The notes under the pieces are model-generated. The model was not told the origin of the DNA. It was given only the letters and a program-made list of their open reading frames with translations, and did not search any database. A stretch of 64,000 nt of DNA from Candidatus Omnitrophota bacterium. GTDB taxonomy: Bacteria; Omnitrophota; Gorgyraeia; Gygaellales; Profunditerraquicolaceae. Of the stretch, positions 27,386 to 37,476 are shown one piece after another (position 1 is the stretch's first letter; each line of letters opens with the position of its first letter). Made by a program: the position numbers and the translations under genes. The stretch covers positions 8,505 through 72,504 of the forward strand of contig JAQURX010000006.1 of NCBI GenBank assembly GCA_028715415.1, written 5' to 3'.

Positions 27386-28408
27386 ATGGTTATTGTCGGG
27401 TTATTTATTATTTTAGCTCTTGTTTTATTCGCTCCTTTTTCGGTAAAAATTATTGAGGAGGAGCTCGAGGTTTTTCTTTTTATTATGGGATGTATTGCGG
27501 TTACGGTTACATCGCAATGGAGCATCCCTTTGGTTAAAGAGGCTTTGGTTGAGCCGATAAAGATAACTCTTGCGGTTTTTCTTGCCGGTTTAGTTTTTTT
27601 TGTCCTTAAGAAATTTATTAAAAATAAGGTAAATAAGATTGCCGATAAAATTGGCATAAAACTTTTTTCTTTCCTTTTGATAATTTCTCTTGGGTTCTTA
27701 TCAAGTATTATCACCGCTATCATCGCAGCTCTTATCCTTGTTGAAATAGTTACTTTTTTGATATTGGATAGGAAGAACGAGATTTTGTTAGTGGTTCTTG
27801 CTTGTTTTGCTATCGGTTTAGGCGCCGCTTTAACTCCGATAGGAGAGCCGCTCTCAACTATTACCGTATCAAAGCTTAAGGGAGCTCCTTATTATGCCGG
27901 CTTCTTATTTTTATTCCAGCACCTTAAGTTTATTATAATTCCGGGGATTCTTTTATTTGGTATTTCAGGCTTTATTTTAATGCCAAAAAAGCGCCAAAAT
28001 AAATATGGTTTAAAAGAGGACAAGGAAGAAGATGTGCAGGATATCTTAATAAGAACGGTTAAGGTTTATTTTTTTGTTGTAGCTCTAATTTTTCTCGGGC
28101 AGGGATTTAAGCCCATAGTTGATACCTATATTGTAAGGATGCCTTATCAGGGGCTTTATTGGTTTAATGTTGTTTCAGCTGTTTTGGATAATGCAACTTT
28201 GGCTGCTGCTGAAATAAGCCCAAGCTTAAGTTTGGTTCAATTAAAGTCAATTCTGTTGGGCTTATTGATAGCAGGTGGGATGCTTATACCGGGTAATATT
28301 CCAAATATTATTGCTGCAGGTAAGCTTAAGATAAAAAGCTCGGAATGGGCTAAAATTGGTGTTCCACTCGGCTTGCTGGTAATGTTTATATGTTTCTTCT
28401 TGTTGTAA
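27386..28408 (+). CDS. Polytopic integral membrane protein (DUF1646-like, predicted transporter)
   Basis: About 10 TM helices. Motifs LTPIGEPLS, VLDNATLAAAE and GNIPNI, recalled as DUF1646-like. Confidence 0.55.
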   Translation: MVIVGLFIILALVLFAPFSVKIIEEELEVFLFIMGCIAVTVTSQWSIPLVKEALVEPIKITLAVFLAGLVFFVLKKFIKNKVNKIADKIGIKLFSFLLIISLGFLSSIITAIIAALILVEIVTFLILDRKNEILLVVLACFAIGLGAALTPIGEPLSTITVSKLKGAPYYAGFLFLFQHLKFIIIPGILLFGISGFILMPKKRQNKYGLKEDKEEDVQDILIRTVKVYFFVVALIFLGQGFKPIVDTYIVRMPYQGLYWFNVVSAVLDNATLAAAEISPSLSLVQLKSILLGLLIAGGMLIPGNIPNIIAAGKLKIKSSEWAKIGVPLGLLVMFICFFLL

Positions 28409-28490
28409 AGCCTCAACTTAAGAATAAAATCTATTGTCGGCTCTCTATCATAGTGGTAAAATAATCTATTAATACGCTTGCTTGAGTTTT

Positions 28491-28592
28491 TTGACAAATA
28501 ATTCTAAAAAAATATATTGTGAGATAAACATGCAGGCAGTTAAATTAAAAATTAACCCAAGTTCTGTAAGAATACAGAATTTGGGTTTTTTA
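28491..28592 (+). promoter_or_regulatory. Promoter (TTGACA, 16-17 nt spacer, TATATT) followed by a strong hairpin+U-tract ending at the RBS of the next gene
   Basis: 14-bp stem ACCCAAGTTCTGTA/TACAGAATTTGGGT with an AGAA loop, then TTTTTTAT, then GGAGGA and the ATG. Confidence 0.45.
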
Positions 28593-28605
28593 TTTGGAGG
28601 ATGGT

Positions 28606-31600
28606 ATGAAAGGTAAAATAGTGCCGTTTTTTCCAATAGTTGGCATTGGGGCATCTGCAGGAGGGCTTGAAGCCTCCGAAGATTTACTAAAGAATCTTTC
28701 TGATAAACCGGGAATGGCGTTTGTCTTTATTATGCATTTATCTCCGAATCATAAAAGTCTGTTGCCGGAATTGTTTGCCCGGACAACAAAAATGCCGGTA
28801 AAAGAAATAAAAAACGGTATGCTTATTGAAGTTAATCATGTTTATGTGAAGCCTCCGGATACAAATCTTGCTATCCAAGGCAGAAAATTAATACTTAGCA
28901 AGAGGAGCAATAATGATTTTAAGCATATGCCTATAGATTATTTCTTCCGTTCTTTGGCAGAGGAGTTAGGCAATAGGAGCATTGGAGTTATTCTTTCAGG
29001 GACAGCTTCAGATGGTACTCTGGGAGCCGAAGCCATAAAAGCTGAAGGTGGTATTGTTTTTGCTCAGGATGAGAAAAGCTCAAGATATAGCGGAATGCCG
29101 CAAAGTGCTGTTGTTGCCGGATGCGTTGATTTTGTCCTTTCGCCCAAAAAAATAGTCCTTGAGCTAAGGCGTATAGTAAAGCATCCTTTTATGTCGTCCG
29201 TTAAAATTATTAAAGCAAATAAATTAGCTTTGTCGCAAGATAAAGGTTTTGTAAGTATTTTTGCCTTATTACGCCAAAACTTTGGCCTTGATTTTACACA
29301 TTATAAAGCCACTACTATTAGTAGGAGAATATCGCGCAGGATGCTTTTATTAGGGCTAAAGAATATTAAAGATTACATAAAGTTACTAAGTGATGATAAA
29401 AAAGAGTTAAGTAATCTTTACGAAGACTTATTGTTGAAGGTTACCGGATTTTTTAGGGATGAGAAAGCCTTTGAAGTATTAAAGAAAAAGGTATTGCCGT
29501 TAATCCTTAAAAATCAGGCAAAAAATCAACAGATAAGAATTTGGATTCCGGGTTGTTCTACGGGAGAGGAAGTTTATTCAATTGCTATGTGTTTTGTGGA
29601 GTTGATTGGGGATAAATCAAGCACGGCAAGAATCAAGATTTTTGCTACTGATGTAAGCGAAATTTGTATTAATAAGGCACGCCGCGGTATCTATAGCGAA
29701 AACATAAAAGGCGCAGTTAGCTCTGAGCGCTTAAAACGTTTTTTTTCTAAACAAGGCAATTTTTATAAGATCTCAAAGAACTTGAGAGATATGTGTATCT
29801 TTTCTAAACAGAATGTCTTTAGCGACCCTCCTTTTTCAAATTTAGACCTTATTAGTTGTAGGAACCTACTAATATATTTCCAGCCGGTTTTACAGAAAAA
29901 AGCTTTCCATAATTTTCATTATGGCTTAAAGCCCGGAGGTTTTCTTTTCCTGGGAAGCTCAGAATCGGTGGGAGGCTATTTAAATTTATTTAAGCCGTTG
30001 GATAGGAAAGAGAAAATTTTTATAAAAAAATATGTATCAATAGGGCCTGAGCTTCAATTGGAGGAAAGATTTTATCCGCTAAAGAAAGTCGAAATTAAGA
30101 AAAGCGTTAGCATTAAGAAAGAAAAAGAAACTGATTTCGAGAGCTTAATAGAACAGGCAATGCTTAGAGAGTATGCTCCTTGCGGGGTGCTGATAGATAG
30201 CGATATGGAAGTTGTTTCTTTCCGCGGACACACTGGTAGTTTCCTTGAGTCAGCGGTAGGTAAGCCAAGCCATAATGTATTTAAGCTGGTGCGAGATGGA
30301 CTGTTTTTACCTTTACGAGCTGCAATCACACAGGCAAGGCAAACAAAGCATACAGTAAAAAAAGTAGCGCAGGATGTAAAACATAATGGCCATAGGAGGC
30401 AAGTTCAGATAACTGTTATTCCTATAAAATATGGAATTCCAAAAGAAGAATTTTTCCTGGTGTTCTTTGATGAGGTTATTAAAACTGAAGAGTTTAGGAA
30501 TTTGCCAAAAGCGCGTAGCAATGATAAAAACGCAAACCTGCAAAAAGAGCTTCTGGAAACAAAAGAATACCTTCAGACAGTTATAGAAGAACAAGAGAGC
30601 GCTAATGAAGAAGTAAAAACCGCAAATGAAGAAATATTATCAAGTAATGAAGAATTGCAAAGCACTAATGAGGAGCTGGAAACTGCTAAAGAGGAATTGC
30701 AGTCTGCGAATGAAGAGTTGATTACTTCTAACGAGGAACTGCAGAATCGTAACGCCGAAGTTTCTTTATTAAATAATGATTTAGTAAATTTGCTTAGCAG
30801 TATCAATATGCCGGTAGTAATGATGGGGACAGACTTGTCAATTCGCAGGATAACCCCTCAGGCAGAGAAGGTGCTTAATGTAGCCTCTTCTGATATCGGC
30901 AAGCCGATTACAAGTATTAAACTTAATATAAATATCCCTGATTTAGAAAATATGCTTTTAGAAGTTGTAGATACTTTCCATTCTAAATCCCTTCAGATAA
31001 AAAGCAAAGATATGCGTTGGTATTCGGTATATATAAGGCCGTATCGTACCTTAGATAATAAGATTGATGGCGTAGTTATGATTTTTGTTGATATTACAGA
31101 CCGTAAGTATGTCGAGGATGAATTGGCCCGCGTAAAGGAGCGGGAATACAGGGCGCTTGTTGAAAATTTACCTCAAATGATATTTCTTAAAGACATAAAT
31201 TCAAATTACATATCTTGTAACGAAAATTTCGCAAAAAATTTGAAGATTAAGCCAAAGGATATTTTTGGGAAGACAGATTTTGATTTTTTCCCAAAAGAAT
31301 TAGCTGATAAATACAAAGCAGATGACCAGCGGGTTATGTCAGCTGGCAAAACAGAGGAAATTGAAGAAAAATACATTCAGGAAGGCAAAGAGGTTTTTGT
31401 TCATACTCTTAAAGCACCTCTTAAAGATGATCATGGTAATGTTATAGGATTATTTGGGCTTTTTTGGGATATAACTGAGCTTAAGCAGGCAGAAGAGGCA
31501 TTGCGTTTAAGCGAAAGCAAGGTTCGCGCTATTTTTGACCAGTCTTTTCAGTTTATCGGCTTGATGACACTCGATGGCGTACTTATTGAGGCAAATAATA

Positions 31601-32988
31601 CTGCGATGCAGTTTGCCGGAATTAAGAAATCTGATTGTTTAGGGAAGTTTTTTTGGGATACCCCTTGGTGGACACATTCGGCAGAAATGCAGAATAAATT
31701 ACGCAAGGCAATAACAAAAGCCGCAAGTGGAGAATCTGTAAGTTTTGAGGCAACTAATATTGCTGCTGATAAAAACCTTCATTATATAGATTTTTCGCTT
31801 AAGCCCGTTAAGGATAAGAATGGTAAAGTAACTTTTCTTGTTCCTGAAGGAAGAGATATTACTGATCGTAAAAAAAGCGAAATAGCCTTAAGGGAATCCG
31901 AAGAAAAGTTTAGAACCATATTTGATAATGCTGTGGATGGGATTATTTTAGCCGATAAGGTTAGCCAGAAGTTCTTTTTGGCTAATAATGCAATTTGTAA
32001 GATGCTTGGTTATAGCAATGAGGAAATCAAAGATTTGACTGTTATGGATATTCATCCTGAAAAGGATATTTCTTATGTTATTGAGCAATTTAAGAAGCAG
32101 GCAAAAGGAGAAATTTCTTTGGCACGGGAAATACCGGTAAAAAGAAAAGATGGAAGTATTTTTTATGCCGATATAAATTCTTCACCTATCGTAATTTCCG
32201 GCAAGGAATATCTTATGGGATTTTTTCATGATGTCACTGAATTGAAGCTGGCAGAGGAAGATAGAAGGCGCGTAATGGATGAAAAAACTTCCTCCGAACT
32301 AAGAACAAAGTTTACCTCTATGGTTTCTCATGAATTGAGAAGCCCGCTTACGGTTATTAAGGAAGGTATCAACTTGGTTATTGAAGGGCTAACAGGAAGC
32401 ATTAATCCTGAACAGAAAGAACTGCTTGAAACTGCCAAAAATAATATTGATAGGCTGGGAAGGCTGATTAATAATGTATTGGATTTTCAGAAAATAGAAG
32501 CTGGAAAAATGGTGTTTAATATTCGGATAGATGATATTAATAATGTCGTATTAGAAATTCATAAAAGCATGGATTTAATAGCAAAAGAAAAAAACTTGTT
32601 TTTTATCTTGGATTTAGATAATAATGTGCCAAAGATAAGGTTTGATAGGGATAGAATTATTCAGGTTATTACTAATTTGGTGAGCAATGCTATTAAATAT
32701 ACTGAAAAAGGAAGTATTAAGATTAGCACTAAGTATGTAAACAACTCGGTAATTGTAGCGGTCCAGGATACCGGGCCGGGTGTTGATGCTAAAGATTTGA
32801 ATAGGCTTTTTCATGCTTTTGAGCAGTTGGATAGCCCGAGGGATAAGAAAAAAGGCGGCACAGGCTTAGGATTAGCAATTTCAAAAGATATAATTTTAGC
32901 GCATAAAGGAAAAATCTGGGCGGATTCTGAGCTTGGCAAAGGGGCTACATTTTATTTTGCTTTGCCTGTTAAAGAGCGCAGAGGTTAA
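28606..32988 (+). CDS. Multidomain signalling protein: CheB methylesterase + CheR methyltransferase + coiled coil + multiple PAS + HisKA/HATPase histidine kinase
   Basis: N-terminal CheB-like methylesterase region (GIGASAGGLEA near the start). CheR SAM-binding IRIWIPGCSTGEEVYSIAMCF. (S/T)ANEEL heptad run. H-box SHELRSPL and a C-terminal G1/G2 ATPase. ATG at 28606 chosen over the in-frame TTG at 28594. Confidence 0.85.
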   Translation: MKGKIVPFFPIVGIGASAGGLEASEDLLKNLSDKPGMAFVFIMHLSPNHKSLLPELFARTTKMPVKEIKNGMLIEVNHVYVKPPDTNLAIQGRKLILSKRSNNDFKHMPIDYFFRSLAEELGNRSIGVILSGTASDGTLGAEAIKAEGGIVFAQDEKSSRYSGMPQSAVVAGCVDFVLSPKKIVLELRRIVKHPFMSSVKIIKANKLALSQDKGFVSIFALLRQNFGLDFTHYKATTISRRISRRMLLLGLKNIKDYIKLLSDDKKELSNLYEDLLLKVTGFFRDEKAFEVLKKKVLPLILKNQAKNQQIRIWIPGCSTGEEVYSIAMCFVELIGDKSSTARIKIFATDVSEICINKARRGIYSENIKGAVSSERLKRFFSKQGNFYKISKNLRDMCIFSKQNVFSDPPFSNLDLISCRNLLIYFQPVLQKKAFHNFHYGLKPGGFLFLGSSESVGGYLNLFKPLDRKEKIFIKKYVSIGPELQLEERFYPLKKVEIKKSVSIKKEKETDFESLIEQAMLREYAPCGVLIDSDMEVVSFRGHTGSFLESAVGKPSHNVFKLVRDGLFLPLRAAITQARQTKHTVKKVAQDVKHNGHRRQVQITVIPIKYGIPKEEFFLVFFDEVIKTEEFRNLPKARSNDKNANLQKELLETKEYLQTVIEEQESANEEVKTANEEILSSNEELQSTNEELETAKEELQSANEELITSNEELQNRNAEVSLLNNDLVNLLSSINMPVVMMGTDLSIRRITPQAEKVLNVASSDIGKPITSIKLNINIPDLENMLLEVVDTFHSKSLQIKSKDMRWYSVYIRPYRTLDNKIDGVVMIFVDITDRKYVEDELARVKEREYRALVENLPQMIFLKDINSNYISCNENFAKNLKIKPKDIFGKTDFDFFPKELADKYKADDQRVMSAGKTEEIEEKYIQEGKEVFVHTLKAPLKDDHGNVIGLFGLFWDITELKQAEEALRLSESKVRAIFDQSFQFIGLMTLDGVLIEANNTAMQFAGIKKSDCLGKFFWDTPWWTHSAEMQNKLRKAITKAASGESVSFEATNIAADKNLHYIDFSLKPVKDKNGKVTFLVPEGRDITDRKKSEIALRESEEKFRTIFDNAVDGIILADKVSQKFFLANNAICKMLGYSNEEIKDLTVMDIHPEKDISYVIEQFKKQAKGEISLAREIPVKRKDGSIFYADINSSPIVISGKEYLMGFFHDVTELKLAEEDRRRVMDEKTSSELRTKFTSMVSHELRSPLTVIKEGINLVIEGLTGSINPEQKELLETAKNNIDRLGRLINNVLDFQKIEAGKMVFNIRIDDINNVVLEIHKSMDLIAKEKNLFFILDLDNNVPKIRFDRDRIIQVITNLVSNAIKYTEKGSIKISTKYVNNSVIVAVQDTGPGVDAKDLNRLFHAFEQLDSPRDKKKGGTGLGLAISKDIILAHKGKIWADSELGKGATFYFALPVKERRG
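30598..30750 (+). repeat. Tandem 21-nt (7-aa) coding repeats (S/T-A/S-N-E-E-L/I-x) forming a coiled coil
   Basis: ANEEVKTANEEILSSNEELQSTNEELETAKEELQSANEELITSNEELQNRNAE, read directly from the sequence. Confidence 0.8.
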
Positions 32989-32990
32989 TT

Positions 32991-33353
32991 ATGAGAAAGA
33001 AGATTATAATTATTGATGATGAGCCTGATGTCCTTAGGGTTTTAGAAATCAGGCTTAAAAAATCAGGTTATGAAGTTTTTACCGGTTTAAACGGACAGGA
33101 GGCTTTAAATTTAGCGCACCAAATTAAGCCGGATTTGATAATCCTTGATGTGTATTTACCTCTAATAAATGGTGATGAGGTAGCTAAAATATTGAAAAAT
33201 GATTTAAAGCTAAAACATATAGCTATAATTTTAATCTCTGCTACTACCCAGTCTCTTGCCCAAAAAACTAAAGAAAGCGGAGCTGATGGGTTTCTTGTTA
33301 AGCCTTTTGAGTCGGTTGAGTTAATTGAAATGATAGAGAAAGCTCTTAAATGA
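32991..33353 (+). CDS. Single-domain response regulator (CheY-like)
   Basis: Starts 3 nt after the kinase stop. KIIIIDDEPD ... LILDVYLP receiver motifs. Confidence 0.85.
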   Translation: MRKKIIIIDDEPDVLRVLEIRLKKSGYEVFTGLNGQEALNLAHQIKPDLIILDVYLPLINGDEVAKILKNDLKLKHIAIILISATTQSLAQKTKESGADGFLVKPFESVELIEMIEKALK

Positions 33354-33361
33354 AATTATCC

Positions 33362-33506
33362 TTGACTCTTAAGCCAAACCCTAATATAATACTGCAAATC
33401 AATTAATGTAGGGAAACAAAGGTTTGGTTTAATGTATGTATTAACGAAGCTAAATGAAGCAGTTTCTAGGCAGCTCTCAAAAATTTGAGGGCTGCCTATT
33501 TTTTTT
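33362..33506 (+). promoter_or_regulatory. Near-consensus promoter (TTGACT, 17 nt spacer, TATAAT), about 70-nt leader, strong terminator hairpin + T9, lying upstream of carB
   Basis: Hairpin AGGCAGCTCTCAAA-aat-TTTGAGGGCTGCCT followed by ATTTTTTTT. Possible 18-codon uORF at 33432-33488 (MYVLTKLNEAVSRQLSKI). Confidence 0.5.
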
Positions 33507-33549
33507 GCATAATGCTGCTTAAATTTTAATCACTTGAAAGGGGTTTTCA

Positions 33550-36500
33550 ATGCCAAGAAGAAATGATATTAAAAAGGTTTTGATTATCGGTTCCGGCCCA
33601 ATAATTATCGGACAGGCGTGTGAATTTGATTATTCAGGTACACAGGCATGTAAGGCGCTGCGTGAGGAAGGTTATGAGGTTGTGTTGGTTAATTCTAATC
33701 CGGCGACTATTATGACTGACCCGGGTATGGCGGACCGCACTTATATTGAGCCTTTAACAGTTGAAAGCGTAACTAAGATAATTGCCAAAGAAAAACCAGA
33801 CGCGCTTTTGCCTAACTTGGGTGGGCAAACAGGATTAAACCTCGCCTCAGCTTTAAATAAGGCAGGGGTTTTAGAGAAATATAAAGTAAAGATTATTGGA
33901 GTAAAGGCTGATGCGATTGAGCGCGGAGAAGACCGGGAGGCATTTAAGGCTACGATGAAGAAGCTTGGTATCCCAGTGCCTCTTTCAGAGATTTGTCTTT
34001 CTGTTGAAGAAGCTCTTAAGGTTGCACAAAAAATGGGTTATCCTGTAGTAATCCGGCCTGCATATACTTTGGGAGGTACTGGCGGCGGCATTGCCTATAA
34101 TAATGAAGACTTAAGCACATTAACCACTCGTGGTTTAAATGCCAGTCTTATACATCAAATTTTAATTGAAGAAGCTGTTATTGGTTGGGAAGAGCTTGAG
34201 CTTGAAGCAGTGCGTGATGAAAAGAATCAGATGATAACTGTTTGTTTTATTGAGAATATTGACGCGATGGGAGTGCATACGGGGGATAGTTTTTGTGTTG
34301 CTCCCATGCAGACTGTTCCTGAGGAATTGCAAAAGAAAATGCAGGATTATTCTTATAGAATAGTTGAAGCTATCGGGGTCGTGGGTGGGACAAATATCCA
34401 GTTTGCCCATAATCTTAAGGATGATCGACTGGTGGTTATTGAAATCAATCCCCGTACTTCACGATCCTCGGCACTTGCTTCAAAGGCAACGGGTTTCCCC
34501 ATTGCCCGCGTTTCTACAAAATTAGCTGCAGGTTTAAATCTTGACGAAATCCCTTATTGGAGAAAAGGTACATTGGAGAAATATGAGCCATGGGGGGAAT
34601 ATGTAGTAATTAAATTTGCGCGCTGGGCTTTTGAGAAATTCCCTAAAGCAAAAGATATTCTTGGTACTCAGATGAAGGCGGTAGGCGAGGTAATGAGTAT
34701 TGCTAAGAATTTCAAAGAAGCGTTTCAGAAATCCATCCGTTCGCTTGAAATAGGAAGGTATGGTTTAGGTTTCGCAAAAGATTTTAATAGCTTACCTTTG
34801 GAAGATCTAAAAATGAAGCTTTCTTTCCCATCCAGCCAGCGCTTGTTTATCATGTATGAAGCGTTACGTAAAGGTATGGGTGTAGACGAGCTTTATGGCC
34901 TAACATATATAGGTAAGCCATTTATTCAGGAAATGGAGGAGATGGTAGAACTTGAAGAAGAGATGCTTAAATGCGGATGGAGTAAATTATCGGATGATGT
35001 TTTAAAGAAAGCAAAAGCATGGGGCTTTAGCGATAAGTATCTTGCGAAAATCTTTAAATTAGAGGAAAAGGATGTAAGGGCACGCAGGAAAAAGGTTGTC
35101 GGTAACGCGCGTTTCGAGCCAGTCCCTGTAAGCGGGGTTGAAAACGCAGCATATTATTATTCTACTTATACTCCGGGTAAAGATTTGGTCCCTGTTTCCG
35201 ATAAAAAGAAGATTTTGATTTTAGGCGGTGGGCCTAATCGGATCGGGCAGGGAATTGAATTTGACTATACTTGCGTCCACGCTGCATTCGCTTTACGAGA
35301 TGAGGGTTTAGAGTCAATTATGATTAACTGTAATCCCGAAACAGTTTCAACGGATTATGATACTTCCAATAAATTATATTTTGAACCATTGACGGTTGAA
35401 GATGTTTTGGCAATTTGGGAGAAAGAGAAGCCAATAGGCGCTATTGTCCAGTTTGGAGGGCAAACGCCGCTTAATATTGCCTCCGAACTTGAACAAAATG
35501 GCGTAAAAATATTAGGAACCAGCACAAAAAGCATTGCTTTTGCAGAAGACCGCGAACTTTTCCGCCAGAAAATGATTGAGCTCGGGATCCGGCAGACTGA
35601 GGGAGCGACGGCATTTTCTCTGGAGGAAGCTGTAAAGATTGCTAAAAAGATAGGTTATCCGGTAATGGTCAGGCCTTCTTTTGTTTTGGGCGGCCGCGGC
35701 ATGGAAGTTATTTACGATGAAGGAATGCTTGTTAAATATGCCAAAGAAGCGATACAGGTGAGCCCGGAGTATCCGATGCTTATTGATAGATTCCTGGAAA
35801 AAGCAGTTGAGTGTGAAGTGGATGCGCTTTGCGACGGGAAGGATACATTTGTTGCAGCGGTTATGGAGCATATTGAGCATGCCGGGATTCATTCTGGAGA
35901 TTCGGCTTGTACTATTCCAACGCGTACATTAAAGCCGGAGCATTTAAAAACAATTGACGAATGGACAAAGAAAATTGCCGCTGAATTAAAAGTAGCGGGT
36001 TTGATTAATATTCAATTCGCTATTTGTGACGATAAAGTATATATCCTTGAGGCAAATCCGCGCGCTTCTAGAACAGTGCCGGTAGTATCAAAAGTAGTCG
36101 GGATTCCGATTGCCCGCATTGCTACACTTTTAATGTTGGGTAAAAAATTAAGCGATTTTCCCGAGCTTGTGCATAAAAAACTTCCTTACGTCGCTGTTAA
36201 AGAAGCAGTTTTTCCCTTTAACATGTTCCCGGAGGTTGATCCTGTTTTAGGCCCGGAGATGCGCGCAACCGGAGAGGTAATGGGAATTGATGAAGATTTT
36301 GGTTTGGCATTTTTTAAGGCCGAGGAATCGTCTGGTACGAAGCTTCCTGTAGAGGGAAATTGTTTGGTGACAGTAAGAGATGCTGATAAGCCAGAGCTTT
36401 TCCCGATTGCTGCTAAATTGTCAAAGTTGGGGTTTAAAATATTTGCTACGGAAAATACTCAGCGCTTTTTAAAAGAAAAAGGGGTGGATTCGGTTTTGGC

Positions 36501-36786
36501 AAAGAAATTACACGAAGGCCGCCCAAATATTTCTGATAGTATCAAAAATAGAGAAATTAATTTGATTATTAATACTCCTGTTGGACGTATGAGTGTCCAC
36601 GATGATAGTTATATTCGTATGCTTGCAATTCAATATAAGATTCCTTATGTAACAACAATGTCTGCAGCCCGTGCAACTGTGGATGGTATTGAAGCTGTAA
36701 AGAAAAAGCAGAGCCAGCCAAAGTCTTTGCAGGAGTATCACGCGCTATTAAAGGAAAGTGAAGTAGAAAAAAGCATTGCATGTTAA
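33550..36786 (+). CDS. carB: Carbamoyl-phosphate synthase large subunit
   Basis: 1078 aa with a duplicated ATP-grasp architecture. VLIIGSGPIIIGQACEFDYSGTQA N-terminus and the MGS-like C-terminal domain. Confidence 0.95.
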   Translation: MPRRNDIKKVLIIGSGPIIIGQACEFDYSGTQACKALREEGYEVVLVNSNPATIMTDPGMADRTYIEPLTVESVTKIIAKEKPDALLPNLGGQTGLNLASALNKAGVLEKYKVKIIGVKADAIERGEDREAFKATMKKLGIPVPLSEICLSVEEALKVAQKMGYPVVIRPAYTLGGTGGGIAYNNEDLSTLTTRGLNASLIHQILIEEAVIGWEELELEAVRDEKNQMITVCFIENIDAMGVHTGDSFCVAPMQTVPEELQKKMQDYSYRIVEAIGVVGGTNIQFAHNLKDDRLVVIEINPRTSRSSALASKATGFPIARVSTKLAAGLNLDEIPYWRKGTLEKYEPWGEYVVIKFARWAFEKFPKAKDILGTQMKAVGEVMSIAKNFKEAFQKSIRSLEIGRYGLGFAKDFNSLPLEDLKMKLSFPSSQRLFIMYEALRKGMGVDELYGLTYIGKPFIQEMEEMVELEEEMLKCGWSKLSDDVLKKAKAWGFSDKYLAKIFKLEEKDVRARRKKVVGNARFEPVPVSGVENAAYYYSTYTPGKDLVPVSDKKKILILGGGPNRIGQGIEFDYTCVHAAFALRDEGLESIMINCNPETVSTDYDTSNKLYFEPLTVEDVLAIWEKEKPIGAIVQFGGQTPLNIASELEQNGVKILGTSTKSIAFAEDRELFRQKMIELGIRQTEGATAFSLEEAVKIAKKIGYPVMVRPSFVLGGRGMEVIYDEGMLVKYAKEAIQVSPEYPMLIDRFLEKAVECEVDALCDGKDTFVAAVMEHIEHAGIHSGDSACTIPTRTLKPEHLKTIDEWTKKIAAELKVAGLINIQFAICDDKVYILEANPRASRTVPVVSKVVGIPIARIATLLMLGKKLSDFPELVHKKLPYVAVKEAVFPFNMFPEVDPVLGPEMRATGEVMGIDEDFGLAFFKAEESSGTKLPVEGNCLVTVRDADKPELFPIAAKLSKLGFKIFATENTQRFLKEKGVDSVLAKKLHEGRPNISDSIKNREINLIINTPVGRMSVHDDSYIRMLAIQYKIPYVTTMSAARATVDGIEAVKKKQSQPKSLQEYHALLKESEVEKSIAC

Positions 36787-36804
36787 AACAAAGGGGATGT
36801 TACT

Positions 36805-37383
36805 ATGTCAGCTTCAATTAAAGGGACTAAAACCGAAAAGAATCTTTTAAAGGCTTTTGCCGGAGAATCTCAAGCTCGTAATAGGTATACTTATTTTGCT
36901 TCTGCTGCAAAAAAAGAGGGTTTTGAGCAGATTGCCAATATATTCACTGAAACTGCGGAAAACGAGAAAGAACACGCTAAGGTTTTTTTTAAGCATCTTG
37001 AGGGCGGAGATGTAGAGATTACTGCAACTTACCCTGCAGGCATGATTAAGGATACTAAAACTAACCTCGAAGAGGCTGCTGCCGGAGAGAATATGGAGTG
37101 GACAACTCTTTATTCAGATTTTGCAAAAACAGCACGTGATGAGGGCTTCCCTGAAGTGGCGCGTTCTTTTGAGCAGATTTCAAAGGTTGAGAAATACCAT
37201 GAATCAAGATACAGAAAATTAATTAATAATATTGTTAATGGTGAAGTGTTTAAGAAGAAAGAAACAGTAAAATGGCATTGTATTAATTGTGGTTATGTAG
37301 TAGAAGGGGAGGCAGCTCCTAAAGAATGCCCTGCTTGTAAACATCCTCAAGCGTATTTTGAAGTTCTTGCTGAGAATTATTGA
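36805..37383 (+). CDS. rbr: Rubrerythrin (diiron four-helix domain + C-terminal rubredoxin-like domain)
   Basis: [15 protein letters not shown] ... EKEHAK ... E..E..H ligands, and WHCINCG ... CPACKHP. Confidence 0.9.
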   Translation: MSASIKGTKTEKNLLKAFAGESQARNRYTYFASAAKKEGFEQIANIFTETAENEKEHAKVFFKHLEGGDVEITATYPAGMIKDTKTNLEEAAAGENMEWTTLYSDFAKTARDEGFPEVARSFEQISKVEKYHESRYRKLINNIVNGEVFKKKETVKWHCINCGYVVEGEAAPKECPACKHPQAYFEVLAENY

Positions 37384-37476
37384 TACCCTTGGGAGCATTG
37401 ACACTTTTTTAAAAGCAAGTATAATAAATATATTAATTAGCATTGCTTTATCGAATCCTTACACAATGGAGGGTGG

